A DNA stretch of 62,885 nt, filler included, from Choristocarpus tenellus KU-1152 (GCA_964200185.2; 7 parts of 7 records of this genome joined end to end with filler, not necessarily neighbours in it); one strand, 5' to 3'. Positions 47,894 to 61,426 are shown, counted from the first letter of the whole stretch. The notes: generated by a model from the letters alone, not told the origin. A program made the numbers and translations.

Positions 47894-50800
47894 TTGCCTT
47901 TATTTAGAAGGATCTATCTAAAACATCTTTGTAGTAAAAATGGCTCATTTTTATGTTCGTATGAAAGTTGGGGAGGTGATGTCGTATTTGTTTATGTAAA
48001 AACACAATGCATTCCCACAAAAATGTCTTCCATTCTTCTTGCAACCAAGAAAAAATACGCGTATGTTCTCCTTGAACCAAAAAGGAAAACTTTCCCCTAC
48101 GTTATGTGTATACTTCTGGGAACAGTCCAATGGAGGCAAGAACCAAGAGGGTATGGATGGGGTGAAAAAAAGCTTGGAAGTATCATGTGTTTAAAATATA
48201 TAGGCAAATTGTCGGAGTTAGGATACAACTTCAGAAATGGTGGGTGTTCAAGGGGGAGGTGTGGAATGTGGAATGTGGACAATTGATCAAGGCACGGGTG
48301 TGCAGTATCGTTGATATTTGTGTGACGTATTACTGGGAAAAAAGCGAAATTTGCCTCACAAAAATGTATGAGATCAAGTGGTGGATCAAAGATGACTAAA
48401 TATTGTTATGACTGCTAACTTCTTGAAGCGGTGCATTTACTCAATGCAGCTGCAGATTAATGCGATCTCAAGGTAGGCAATATTCGGGGATATAGTTGTG
48501 TATGGGGGTGGGTTCTATGAGGTCAGCCATAGAAAAACTCTTTCAAAATAGTCTTGCATTTTTTTTTCCCAGGTAAGGACGCCACACCACTATGCATATA
48601 GATGTTATGCTTCTTTACCTCACACAGCTTAAACCCTGACCTTTGGTTTGAAGTGTATGATGTAATGTTGAAAAGTCCAGAGAGGGAAAGGGCGTAAACG
48701 TACAGTTCCGACCGATGTGACATCAAAGTATTTTTCATTCGGGAGCACCAGCGTTTGACACCATAATTACGCGGAGGAAGAAAATACTCTGCGTATTCAA
48801 AGCGCACAAACCACGTTCTATCATTTCTCATTTCACAAAACGTATTAAGAAATATAGGTCTGGACACACAGGAGGGCTCAAAATATACCTTCCCCTTCAT
48901 CGTTTGGATTCGGTCTAAAAGAGTGGTGATTCACGAACGATACCACAAGAACATAGCTACCCACGCCAGACAGATCTTGGAGCTGAAATCGTGGAACTGG
49001 CATGGTGTAAGGGTGCGTGCTTGTGCTCTTTCCTTTGGTTGGAATATCTATATTCATTAATTAGTTCGCTTCGCTTTGGACAGGAACAATATCAAGGTCG
49101 GGTAAAAAAAATTTATGTTTCCATAATACTCCGTGTTGGACCAGGCGTGAGATGGGTGAGAAAACCATGTAATGAAAAAGCGTGCATAATGAAGCACAGG
49201 GTATCAGCGCCGCAGGGCTTCAAATCTGGTGCTGCGGAGAGCCACCGAGGGGGATTGTGTTAGATTTAGGAGGGGCAAAATGTGGTGATGGAGCTCAATT
49301 GATTTTTCTAACAGTGCCGGACGCCTTTCAGGCCTACGGTTACGAAGGAATGTCCTAGGTTTGGACAAGCATGGTAGAATGATGTGTACCCTGCTGATTG
49401 CTTGTGGAGGTAAGGAAGATAAGGGGTGTTTAGGTTAAAAACGTCAAGCCCGCAGGGGAGTTTACTATGGTCTTCGTGGCTGCAACCCATGGAAAGGTGT
49501 AAGAGAGGGCATAGTGTACCTCGTTCGCCACTAGGAGTGAACTGGAAGGTTGAATGATCGAGAGGAATGATGCAGTACGACCAACTCTATATAGTTCGAT
49601 TAGGTGCGCTCGTACTACAGATGGCGGATCAAGCGGAAATATGTACAAAGCCATGTTATAGAGGTATCACCTTTTCGTGCCCTTTGCCGGCGCCGTTCTC
49701 ATAAGCTGCTAGCGATCCTTCTCCCCCGTAAAGGAAATAAAGCGATCCGAACCTCCTCTGGGCGGAGTGAAACGGAGTATACCTAGGAGAGACAAGGACG
49801 TGGCTTGATTAAGGCATCGAGAGACAGCGATCGGTAGAGACAACTTAGTACAGCCTCAAGCTTGCTGTCTATCACACACATGAAAGTACCCATTATCAGC
49901 ACATATTTATGTTCCAGTTGTGGTAAAATATTTTATACAAATAACACTATATACCATAGTTCAGTACGAAAAGTATGGATATGATGCTCGATTTTTAAGG
50001 TTCCAAGTCTCGTGAAATCTTAAACGATGATGCGCACTTTTGTTTAGTTCTTATAGAATGTTTGAAAATGTATGTGTGTAAGGAATGGAATCAACACGTT
50101 TGACATATAGTAACCACTTACGTCTAACGACAATGAACACAGCATTTTAACATTAGACACAGAGTATTACATTAGACATGTACAAATATATAATGTGTTT
50201 ATTACAAATATAAACTACAAAGAGGATAGATTCCACAACAAATAGATTTTGTGTAGGTTGTATTACCAAAAATGGAGAGGGTATAACGTGACTTTTTACA
50301 TACGTGTCACTACTGAAAAAAAAAAACGTCGGAACGTATTGATTTTTTTTTGACGTTGTGATAACAAGATTCACATCCTCAAATGTTCTTTTACTTCCAA
50401 TCCCTCACAACCCCCAAAACACAAATCTTGCTACAATATATATATGTACAACTAATACGATTGCTGCATCGTCTATATTGACTATTTTTGTCGTAAAAAC
50501 AGGATTGGTGTTTCCCCCAATCCAATCCTTGTAGGAACCTGTCAGATGTTTTTTACTCACATAGTGGATATCGTTTTTCTTGAGGGGGGAAAGTTTGTGG
50601 AGGGAAAGGGTGGCACAATGGCCATACATGCTATATTGTTCCATCGTCCTTCAAAACCCGTTTATCCTTTTATAACGCAGACAAGTACACGGAACTAGCA
50701 CGACGACCACTAAAGTACGTGGTGACGACCACAATTTTTTTTTTTTAAATACATAGTGTTCCCCGATATATGTACCTGTTTGACGGGGTATGTGTGTTGT

Positions 50801-53565
50801 ACACACACAATTATCATGGAAATAGGGTATAGTTTCGTCACGTTTTTGTACGCTGAGACCGTGTACATGCCACCTCCAACATGTGGTCCCAGGAACGTTA
50901 CTACTCGATTCTCTGTATTTATTAAAATTGAGTCCGTATACAAAACAGCTGTCGCTAGTGTTCCTACCAACGTTACACTCAATGTTCTAGGTATTTTCTA
51001 TTTTGAAACCGTTCAGAAACTGGCCGTCGACGGCGGTCTAACCGTCCCTTACCTCGCTAACCCTAACCCTTCGATTACCCCAAAACTAATCGAACGTCGA
51101 CCTCCCATCGGCATGTGTGGCGATTTACAACCATGTTGTCCCTTCATTCTCCTGTCAGACCACCGTCCACTACATACCTTGTATATGGTAAATCATCGTA
51201 AAACTTCCAACCCTAACCCACCAGGCCACCTGTTTCTCCACCATCTGGCTGAGGTGTGTGGTCAGAGCCTGTGTCCCAGAGCTCTCGATCACCTCAGCCA
51301 TATGGGGTAGGATAAAGCCAACTGTTCCCAACTAAGCCCCCAATCAATCTAACAAAACCATTGGGGTTCGAGGATGCCTTCCACATATTGGTACATCCAC
51401 TGTATGCCATATACTGTGCTATTTTCATACCAATTGAGGTTTCCTATCAAGAATCCGTGATTCCAGTGGACGATCCTTAGTCAGAATGAATCCATGGAAT
51501 CTCTTCAAGAGACCAGTTCCACAGGGATGGAACTACTCTTCATTCAGAGTTGTCAAACATGAAGGATTTATTTCGTTCATACATCTTCACATTTCTATTG
51601 ATCTTTTCTCCCTAGATTCTAAGTTTATCACTCTCTACAGTATTTGTACAAGTCTCATCCATCTTTCCATATGATTTATTCTCTTCACCCCATCATAGAA
51701 TCATACGATTCATATAGAACATGGTTGCAACAACTACCCAAAATTAAAAGGAAAATTCTGTGAAAGTTCCTTTTTTGGAGGTGTGAGCTCAGTCCAATCG
51801 ACATCTGTGCACACACACAAGTGAATTGCGCGCATAATTTTTTGTTAATGTTATTCCTATCAACATCAAACACAGAGAACTCTTGAGAATTCTCAGATCA
51901 CATGCCGTTGACGATCACAATGATGTGACGTCTTCAATCGGATCCGAGCTTCCATTCAAACTTCTCCTAGGATGTGATGGCTGAAAAGGTTTGGGTTTGC
52001 TGAAGGCATCCTAACATCAATGTAGTAGGGTTGATTCTGAACACTCCGCACGCCTGATCGGACCCTCCCTCGTAAAAACTGGAGTATTCAATCATTACGA
52101 AACCATATTTGTTGACCTTCTTTCTTCCTACTTTTGTAGATGACAAGTGAAGTAGACAAAGATTGAAACACCTATACCTCGAATATAAGATAATTAATGT
52201 AGTCGACTATACAAATACAAAACTTCTTATTTCTCTACACTGTACCTTGTTCCGATAATTCGTATATAGGTAGGAAGAAGATTTTAACAACTGCCTTCAA
52301 ATACTGAACGAAAATTCAAGTGTTTCACGAACACAAGACGAAGTTGTCCAATCCTACACACTATACCTTGTTCGCCCAATTCATAGATAGGTGAGTGTAA
52401 TAATTGGGAATTTCAGTTTCGATTAGATGCGGTTGTGAGTTCGACAATGACTAGAAAATGTAGAACCTTGTGCGGTGACTGTATTAGATCGTTCATTTGA
52501 TAGGTTTATGTGAATGTTGAGTTGTCCATCAAATTTGCAGGTGGTTGTGGCACCCATCCTTTCATGAGTGTTGATGCAAGGTTGATGATGACGTTAACGA
52601 TCTTCCAAAGTTGTGGAATGTAAGGGTTGATGGCGATAATACTGTAATTGGTAAATGATACGCCAGAAGTTTGTACGAGATACCATCGTTGGTTCACCTG
52701 ATGTGTAAGCAGAGAAGACCTCGGCGATTCGTCCAGTTTGCGAAGGAAAGAAAGGAAGGGGATGGACACGTGAAGCGAACACACTCTCGTAGCCACAAAA
52801 TGAAAGGGTTGTGTAATGGTTTTGAAATAGATATCGATGGCGAAATACAAATTCGGTGAGTAGTGAATGTACCTCTGTCCTGGAGTTCACAGATTTACAG
52901 CAGCGTGGAATATTTGATAGAGCAGGTTAAACGCGATTCTGATTCAGTGACGATTATGTGTGTGTAGGTGTTGTAGGGGCGGGGTTGTTGATGAAATTGA
53001 CGATCCTTTGTAGTTGTAGAGTGCAGAGTTGATAGAAATGAGTGATCAGTGGCGCACCAGAAGTTCGACGCAAAGTATTCGATCACTGGTCTACGTTATG
53101 CAAAGGTAGGCTATATATTTTTGCTGTTAGGCGTTGCCGAGGAAAAGGAAGGACGAAACTTGCAGTTATCTCACTCCCCTTTTCACCGAATCAAAATATC
53201 AACACCAAAACCATGAGTTGATTTGAGTCAGAAGATGTGAGATCCCTTGAACATAGGTACAAGGGTAAATGTATAGTAATGTTCTATTGGCACGGCACGG
53301 CCATGTCAAGTCTAATCACAGCGAAGAATAACGGCAAGATCTCAACCCTTGAGAACTACGCTTATACTAAGATGTTAATATTGGGGATGAATCAATGCAT
53401 CAGTTTGCAAACTTACTGTTTCGTCATTCCTCCTCCAACACCTTCCTCGAACCTTGCATTCGCATGTTACAGCAATAGATAGTACTGAATACAGTCATCT
53501 CTGTTTCTATTCCTATTAAATTGAAGTCGATCGTGCACTAATGGGTAGGTTATCGTTCTATGCAG

Positions 53566-53690
53566 GCATGTGGGTTCTTCAATTGCAAAATGTTTCCTTG
53601 GCCGTTGCTGGACTCCTGCTGACCATCGACATCATCGAGGCTGAAAGGCCAGACCTTCGTAACATCCTGGAGGAAGGGTATTGCAAAGAG
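53566..53690 (+). other. Orphan exon-like segment
   Basis: TGCAG|...GAG|GT; open frame MWVLQLQNVSLAVAGLLLTIDIIEAERPDLRNILEEGYCKE; GC-richer than its flanks. Confidence 0.35.
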
Positions 53691-54313
53691 GTGTGACTCA
53701 AAGCAGCATTGCATTTGCTTTTATGTGTGTATACACAAGGGAGATGTATAAGTATTTGTGGGTACAACCTGCTTCCTTCCCATATCATCGCGGCGCAACC
53801 ATGTAGTTAATATCGATGCGTCTTTTGAACACAACCATATGTCCTTCTCTATTGAACGCATGCGTGGTCATCACTCCCCATTTGTTTCATCATACTCTTT
53901 CCAGACTCCCTGCTTATCTTGGTTCCCTCCCTCCAAGCACAATCCAGTTGCTGTACCAGTTATAGTTCTACTCTGCACAGTTGTTGATGAATACTCTTGA
54001 TATCATCATATCTCCCATCTCTTTGACGTTGTAGCATGTATTTCCTGCTCATCCTCTAAAGTTTAGAGCTAGGTTTAGAGAGGATTTTTTTGAAGATTGA
54101 CGTGGCTGCAGTGCTTGAAGGAAGAGCCATCTAGTGCAACGAATTCCGTAGATAATGGCCTTTATTCTGATCTTTGTCAGCAAAGTAGTAAGTAGGTCTT
54201 CTGAGTACCGCCTGAAGAAGAAACTAGACAGTGGATTTAAGTAAGGAGACAACTGCGAGTGGTGTTATGTTGTTGTGGTGCCTTACAATGGGAGATGATG
54301 CAAAGAAGATTTT

Positions 54314-54383
54314 GAGTCAAAGTATCTTAGAGGGTAGAGCCGTGTCCATTTGGGGGCCAAAATCCAATGTTGCGATTTTGACG
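54314..54383 (+). mobile_element. MITE family A left end, cut by gap
   Basis: GAGTCAAAGTATCTTAGAGGGTAGAGCCGTGTCCATTTGGGGGCC. Confidence 0.8.
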
Positions 54384-54483
54384 NNNNNNNNNNNNNNNNN
54401 NNNNNNNNNNNNNNNNNNNNNNNNNNNTTAATTAATTAANNNNNNNNNNNNNNNNNNNNNNNNNNNNNNNNNNNNNNNNNNNN

Positions 54484-54551
54484 TCCAAATCGCAACATTG
54501 GATTTTGGCCCCCAAATGGACGAGGCTCTACCCTCTAAGATACTTCGGCTT
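54484..54551 (-). mobile_element. MITE family A left end, reverse orientation, cut by gap
   Basis: GGCCCCCAAATGGACGAGGCTCTACCCTCTAAGATACTTCGGCTT. This is the same end type as on the other side of the linker, so it is a different copy. Confidence 0.78.
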
Positions 54552-56391
54552 TAATGCTGCTAATCGAAAAGAGTACTGTCGTCCCATATGAAGACAGACA
54601 CACCTGATGATATCTTAAGCTCTAGAGTCACCACTCCCCCACAACTAGCTCAGAATCAACACATAAAATACACATAAAATACACTACCTTCAAAGCAATG
54701 CCGATTTCAGAGTATGTTTCAGACTACGGTGGCTACTTCGACTTCTACCAGCATTGTGAACCGCTAAGGTTCCACAAACCAGGACCCTATTAACTAACCT
54801 TAGGTTCGCTGCATCTTGAACCATTGAACGGTTTCCTGCTTCTGTCCATGAACACTCTTTGTTCAGGACACCCTGGGGTTCACAGGAGAGTGAAGCATGA
54901 TTGGAGGATGTGAAGGAAGAAGGGGGCGATGCAGGTAGTTAAAGAGACGGAATAATACTCACCAGTCCAGTCAGTGTTATAACTGAGTTTCAAGCTGTTT
55001 TTGATGATGCCTCAATGCTCAAATAACACAAGCGGTAGACAACCCCTAGATAATCAATCATCACATATCCTGGAAATTTTACCTTTATTATTTCGGTTCC
55101 TTCCAGGGTCAAATCAACTGAGAGGTAGGTCAGGTTGTATTTTAAGTACCCTTCAAGAAAGGGTAAAGATACTACATTCTATACAAACCCAGAAAGAGCC
55201 ATTGCTGAAGTTGTCATGTCACTTTGTGAATATGAGTTTTGCGTACACTATTGTGTATATCGAGTGATGAAATATAGTGTATCGCACAGGGAAAGAAGTG
55301 GGTGAGAAAGGAAAAGGGTCCAAATCTCCCTACCTCTCGATTGGTTTGGTTCCCGTAACACTTGAAGACTGACAAGGTTTGGCTTGCCTAAAAGTGAATA
55401 TATAAAATAGCAATATATAAGTCCATTAACCCAAATTGAACGGGAGATATCAAGAGTTGTATTTAAAGGATGCTGACAAATATCTCCAAAATTCGACTTT
55501 TTTTCAAATGCGTGCAGGATATTTTCTGAATTTTGTCTAAAATTCTCAAACAATAGAGAAATGAACGGTGTAAAGTCAAACTTAGCATTTCATGCCTACA
55601 AAATGGATGAATCATAAAAGATTGAAAAAAAACAACTTAAAATGCAAAGCGACCAAAGCCTGGGTACCTCTCGTTTACTTTGACTCATGAATCCTTATCC
55701 ATTTTCTTGCAGTGGGAGTTCATATAGGCGTTTACAAAACTACCATATACAACCGTCTCCTGGAACAGTCCCGTACTACACACTGGCTGAACTAATCGTA
55801 CTCTTCACCCTCAGCTTATTTTGAAGCACTAGCAATGAAGTTGTAGGTGGGAGGGTTACATGGCTTGGAAGCGTTTAACAGTATTATTCGTGCGCACACC
55901 ATGGTTACAAATATTTCCAAAACAAAATTGAAAAAACGTGTAGCAGTGTAGGAAGGGCTTCTTCTTAACATAATATGGGGCGCTCAAGGGATTCCAAACC
56001 CACATGTGCGACTCGTCCTTACAACTCATCAGATTTTCGATTTCCTTTGCTTTCCTCAGGCATGAAATAGGAATACTCACCATTTATGCCGAGTTGTTAC
56101 TAGCAGTACAGAAGAATTATGGACCACAACCGACAAAAAACATTAAAACGCCATCGTGCTTCTACGTACAAAATAGTGAGAAACGTCTGATTATATCCAT
56201 GCCACATAGTTTTATCTGCACCATTTCAACTCGTTTTGCATTTCGATATTCCTGATGATGGTTTCCGTTGGTGCAAAGGCAAAAAAGAGTGATACAAACA
56301 GTGTGTGATACTCCGCAGTGGACACGCCCCATAAATCCCCAAGTAGAAGGTGAACTACCCAGACCCTTCACATATACACACATAAACGCAC

Positions 56392-56545
56392 TCCAATTTC
56401 TCTTCCTCCCCTTAGTCCCTGGTGCATCCAACTCCCTCACTCGAAGAAAAGAATTTGGTATAGTGTGCCACAGGCCAGATTCCGCCAGCAGCAGGAAGAG
56501 CGTGTTGTACAAATCGTCAGACTCCAGGTCGTGCTCACCATCCGA
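56392..56545 (-). other. Orphan exon-like segment
   Basis: Long C-rich AG-free tract, AAG acceptor, SDGEHDLESDDLYNTLFLLLAESGLWHTIPNSFLRVRELDAPGTKGRKRNW, donor GTGCGT. Confidence 0.4.
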
Positions 56546-58703
56546 CTTTGTCACCAAGTAGAAAAATCGCACGGAACAAGCAGGCAGACAAAGTGGCACA
56601 TCATGTGGTAAGGGAGGGGCACAGGGGGAGAAAAACATAAGTTCAGTCGGGTTTAGGGCAAGGGGGGAATTGGGAGGTTGTCCTGAGTCGTAACTGCAGA
56701 CGTGTTCGTTGTAGTGCAACAATTCAAAGTGAACGGAGGGGGCTGTGCAAAGATGGATGTTAGGATTCTTATAAGTATGCCAAAATTCTTAGGAGCACAA
56801 CTTTAACATTTTTGTGCTCTCTCTCATCACTGGTGAGTGAGCACGGTACATCGGATGATTCAAGACAAGTGTTCTAATACTGTGCCCTTACGCCATTGCT
56901 CCAGAATTTCTTTTTGAAAATCTGAAATATTTTATTTCAAGTAATAGAACTCCACATACTATCACCATATCTACATTGCATCCTCCCACATAATACTGCA
57001 TATATTATGAACCGAGTGTTCCAAACTACAATATGCATACTCGAATTCCAATAATAAGTTTAGAACTACACATTTACAAGTGCAATCTAGGGGTATATAC
57101 TGGTATAGTGATACTGTGGGGTATATATAAATATACACACTGCTATTATAACATGAAGTAGAAGTCCGAGGTATGAGAATTGTAGCATAATATTGTACAC
57201 ACTTAACATACAACCACTCAACACTATGTTACTCCCATAACACTCAACCTTCTACATGTCCAAATACTCGCAACATGCGATACACCTCACAGCTTTAGAT
57301 AGAGTGTTTCAAAACAAACACTACACATGTCATGTCCTGTAACATTCCAGTCCAAAACAAAATATTTAATATAAAAAAATTCCACAACTTCCACCATAGC
57401 GATCTCATCGTACCCCAGTTTGCCATTGTGATATATTCAGTAACATTTGCCTTGCCTCACGATACTTGACTTCAAACACACACATATATGATATGTCCCA
57501 TAACACACCGGTCCAAAACAGACATAAGCCATGATATATCCATAATATTTTCCTAATTATTCTACGTAATGTGTGTGTGTCTTGGCAATGGGGGTGTTAC
57601 ACTATCTAGGGTGTGCAACATTGCAATATTGATAAAGATTTAGTCATACATTATGTACATGCTGGATATTCTGCCACAGTACAATTTCAAGTTGAGTTCA
57701 GGGTATAGATTAGGCTTAGTACTTGCGAAACAATCTCGATGAGTGTGACATCTCCTTTGTTCCAGCTAGACAACACTACCAGGAGTACCATAATTCTACA
57801 CTATGTAGAGTGTTCGGTTGTAAATTAGTATATTTAACTCACTCAATCAAGACAATAGCTGTTGCTCATCTGCGTAACACGTATGATGGCACAAAGATAG
57901 AGTCCATTTGTTTTCGTTTCACTCTTCGTTGTGTAGGACATTGTGCTACTGCTCTCTTACCCAGTTTACCTCAAATCTGGATATGCAAGAATGGGCACTC
58001 GTCCTTGCCACCTAAAAGAACCCTTCCTTGCGCCTTCGAACCTCTTTCTATAATCTACCTTCAAGTAAGTTAAAAGGAAATATCTAGCAAACAATATTGC
58101 ATATGATTTATGGCCAGCCTGAGAGTGCTGACCCACGATGCCCCCACCCCCAACGTGAGTCCATCTTTTAACCAGCTAACTCCGTCATGTCCATGCATTG
58201 ATTGATGAAAAATCAAACATTTGCCACACTACTCTATGATCGTACAAACTTTTATATTAGCAAGCTATCACAGTACGATGTACACCCAACAGTCCTCTTC
58301 CACTATTGGTTTCAGTGGCATGCGAGTCAACATTACTCCATTATAGTATATGGTATAATTTTAGCAAATCGCAACAATATGTACTCCGGAGTATACTCAC
58401 CTCTTCCACTATTGGTTTCAGAGACAAATGAATGAAAATGAGGGGATACGAATAAAGAGTGTGCAATGTTACACGACAAAAAATAATCAGGTAGAAAAGT
58501 TGCAAATAGGCGCAAGATGTTTAATGGTTTCTCCCTACCGTGTGATTTACATAACGAACGGTCATCCTACTCACAACACCTGCTGTTATATGGCCATTCA
58601 CTCTGCCTGTCCTCTGTGTGGGATACAGTCAATCACGAGAAAAGTGGTACTCTACCGCCCAAGGTCTCATAGGTCTGGGAAGTTTTTCTTCAGCACTGTA
58701 ATT

Positions 58704-58757
58704 GACCCAAAACGTATATGGGGGAGGGGGGTCTACAGCAGGGTGTCCATTTGGGTC
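58704..58757 (+). mobile_element. MITE family B left end, cut by gap
   Basis: GACCCAAAACGTATATGGGGGAGGGGGGTCTACAGCAGGGTGTCCATTTGGG. Confidence 0.7.
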
Positions 58758-58918
58758 NNNNNNNNNNNNNNNNNNNNNNNNNNNNNNNNNNNNNNNNNNN
58801 NTTAATTAATTAANNNNNNNNNNNNNNNNNNNNNNNNNNNNNNNNNNNNNNNNNNNNTTCCCCTTTCTCGTTATTATTAAAATACAACCCCGCCTCCCTC
58901 TTATTTGTATCGAAAAAA

Positions 58919-59099
58919 GACCCAAGGTAGTTGGGGGGGGTGGGGGGGGCACACCAGGGTGTCTATTTGGGACAAAACCAGGAAAAGTGCACTTACATTG
59001 TCCATCTGATGTATGCAGCCAAATCACCCAAAAAATTGCGACATGGAAAAAATTGGTCCCAAATTGACACACGCCACCCCCCCTCAGATACTTTGAGCC
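58919..59099 (+). mobile_element. MITE family B, full copy (181 bp)
   Basis: GACCCAAGGTAGTTGGGG...CCTCAGATACTTTGAGCC; flanks AAAA/AATA. Confidence 0.8.
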
Positions 59100-59624
59100 A
59101 ATACTACAAACATATCATGATTATCCTGTAACAGGTAGCTGCTGTAGCTTCTCCTCGAGCTTCTCCTCTTTCTCTCAATACATAGACTACACTTCCCCGC
59201 CCTTTGTGCATTTCGTCCTGGTGCTACTCCAGTACTATACCTGCTCAGTTCTTGATGTACTCCCTCTCCTCTTTCTCCCCACCACAGTCCTCACATGTTT
59301 ACCCAGGCACACGCCCTGTGCTGTCCCTTCTTCCGGGGGCTGCTGGAGCACAATGGCTACATGCTGGAGAAGGGTCCTCTTCTCGTTTTCCTTCTGCACA
59401 GCCCTCCCCTGTCACCCATGCACAGCACTGCAGCCTGCAGCACCTCGTCCTGACCATATTTTAGACGGTTGGCATTAGCCCGTTATGGTTGCTGCAAGTG
59501 AGACAAAGGAGTACATATCAGTTGTATCACTCCGTAAGATTTTCGAAATGATAGAGATAATAGCGCAAATAAATTGTTTATGAGGTGCATGGACGATGCA
59601 TACAAAGAGAATGTTACGAAAAAT

Positions 59625-59881
59625 GAAGCAAAGTATCTTAGAGGGTAGAGCCGCGTCCATTTGGGGGCCAAAATCCAATGCTGCGATTTTGATGCAGTTT
59701 TGGCTATCGTTTTTGTTAGGAAGTATCGATATCCTTGTTCCGGGCACACATTTTCATAGCCTACACATTGTACCTACTCCAATCCATTTTGGAGTAGGAA
59801 TGTCCTAATAAATCCCATGGGAAGCCGAGTCCCAAAAGGACAAACAGGGAAAAACTCGTACCCTCTAAGATACTTTCACTC
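59625..59881 (+). mobile_element. MITE family A, full copy (257 bp), TSD AAAT
   Basis: AAAT|GAAGCAAAGTATCTTAGAGGGTA...TACCCTCTAAGATACTTTCACTC|AAAT. Confidence 0.9.
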
Positions 59882-60059
59882 AAATTCTAGGACAAGGAGG
59901 AATAGCATATATCCTACACGCTCGCCTGATGCACATATACGAACACAGCAAGAAACACACATGAAATGCAGGCCACGATCCCACCTCAGCCAATGCCGTT
60001 TGCATTCATTTTGTGCACGGATCCCGCAACCCCAACCACCAATGTTCCATGTGACGGAA

Positions 60060-60312
60060 TACCTTAACCTCGTCTGCCTATACAACAGGGGGGACATTCT
60101 ATACAAGGAACAATGTGGTTTCCAACCTCAACGCTCCATAGTGAACATGATGTACACCCTGTGTGTCCTACCAGAGCTTGGAAGGGAAAAACATGTGCCC
60201 TTATTCATATGCTTTATTATTTTCCAGAAGGTAATGAATCTGTTGACCTTGATCCTCTGTGGATTGTACTTATCAAATTCGAAGTGCCTACGAATATTAT
60301 TTAAGTCATCTG
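60060..60312 (+). mobile_element. Decayed non-LTR retrotransposon (RTE-like LINE) reverse transcriptase fragment
   Basis: ILYKEQCGFQPQRSIVNMMYTLCVLPELGREKHVPLFICFIIFQK, frameshift, then ESVDLDPLWIVLIKFEVPTNII. This matches the LINE RT pattern EQCGFR..RS..D.......LQE.......L...FID..KAYDSV....LW..L...G.P. Confidence 0.85.
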
Positions 60313-61426
60313 TGCGGTGCTAAGTCTAGCAGAGAAGGGGGCTAACTTTGACCCGGCCATCTCAAGAGACCTAATCGTCATCAAGGGAGATGAGAGGGGG
60401 AGGAATTTCAAGAAATTAAGCAATACTCGAGCTTGTATGGGGTGTGCTCTATGCAGATGATATAGGCATTGCCTCCAAGACCAAAGTGAGCCTAGCCAAG
60501 ACCATGACAGCAAATCACCATGACGAGTGGAATGCAGGTGTGGTTGATGTAGCCAAATGCTTCATGGATTAATGGCACCACAAAGAGACAGTGGTGACAT
60601 ACGTCTTACTTAAGTAGCACATAAGGCAGCTCGAGTAGATCAGGGTTCAGACACAGTCCCTGCTACCTGATTACTACTACCACTATTTTCTCTCTCTGGT
60701 CTTGGTCTTTTTGAAGTTTGTCTCTGCTTTGACTGCCTCGTTGCTTGCCTAATCTAGGGTTCGTCTTCTCTTCCTAGTGCACTAGACTGAGTCGTTTTCC
60801 TTTGCGGATGTTCCCTTTGATTTTTTTCCTTGTGTAGTTGTGATCGATGAGCTGAGACATTGCAAAGACCTCTTCTTTCTTTCCTTTCTTCCCCACCTTT
60901 TCAATTCCTTTGCCTGTGAGAATATGGAGATGTTGATGGGTCAATAATAGATGGCATTCCTCAGATGTTCGAAATTTTTTCTTTTACAGAGTTTTCTTTG
61001 TTTTATTTCTATCCTCTTCTCCCTTCTCTATATTTTCTCATGCATTAGTATAATGTCGTGTATAGGTTCCTCTGGTTCCCGTTTGACCACGGCCCTGGAA
61101 CCTCCCCGACTGATGTGAAGGAAATTGGAAAATATTATATTACTTCGAAGTAGTTATATAATATTGTTGGTCTCGAATATGTATTGTTGTAAAATCAGAA
61201 ACCTCAGGAGAAGAAGTAGAGTGTGTGGAAATGGTCGAGGCCTTGTAATTTGTTCCTGAATTGTTTTACTCTGCTCCTCTGTGATTACAATAATCTAGTT
61301 GTCAAAGTTAAAAGGAGTAGTGGCAGCCCAAATGACGTGACTCGACCTTTACTACTCCTTTGTCGATTGTTGCTGTCTCTCTTAGACCTTCGAAAATAGT
61401 TCTAGGGGCTATAGATGATTCGGCGA

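Noticed and set aside
54314-54551. One MITE spanning the linker
   Set aside because: Both sides show the same (left) end in opposite orientation with no shared TSD, so they are two separate copies.
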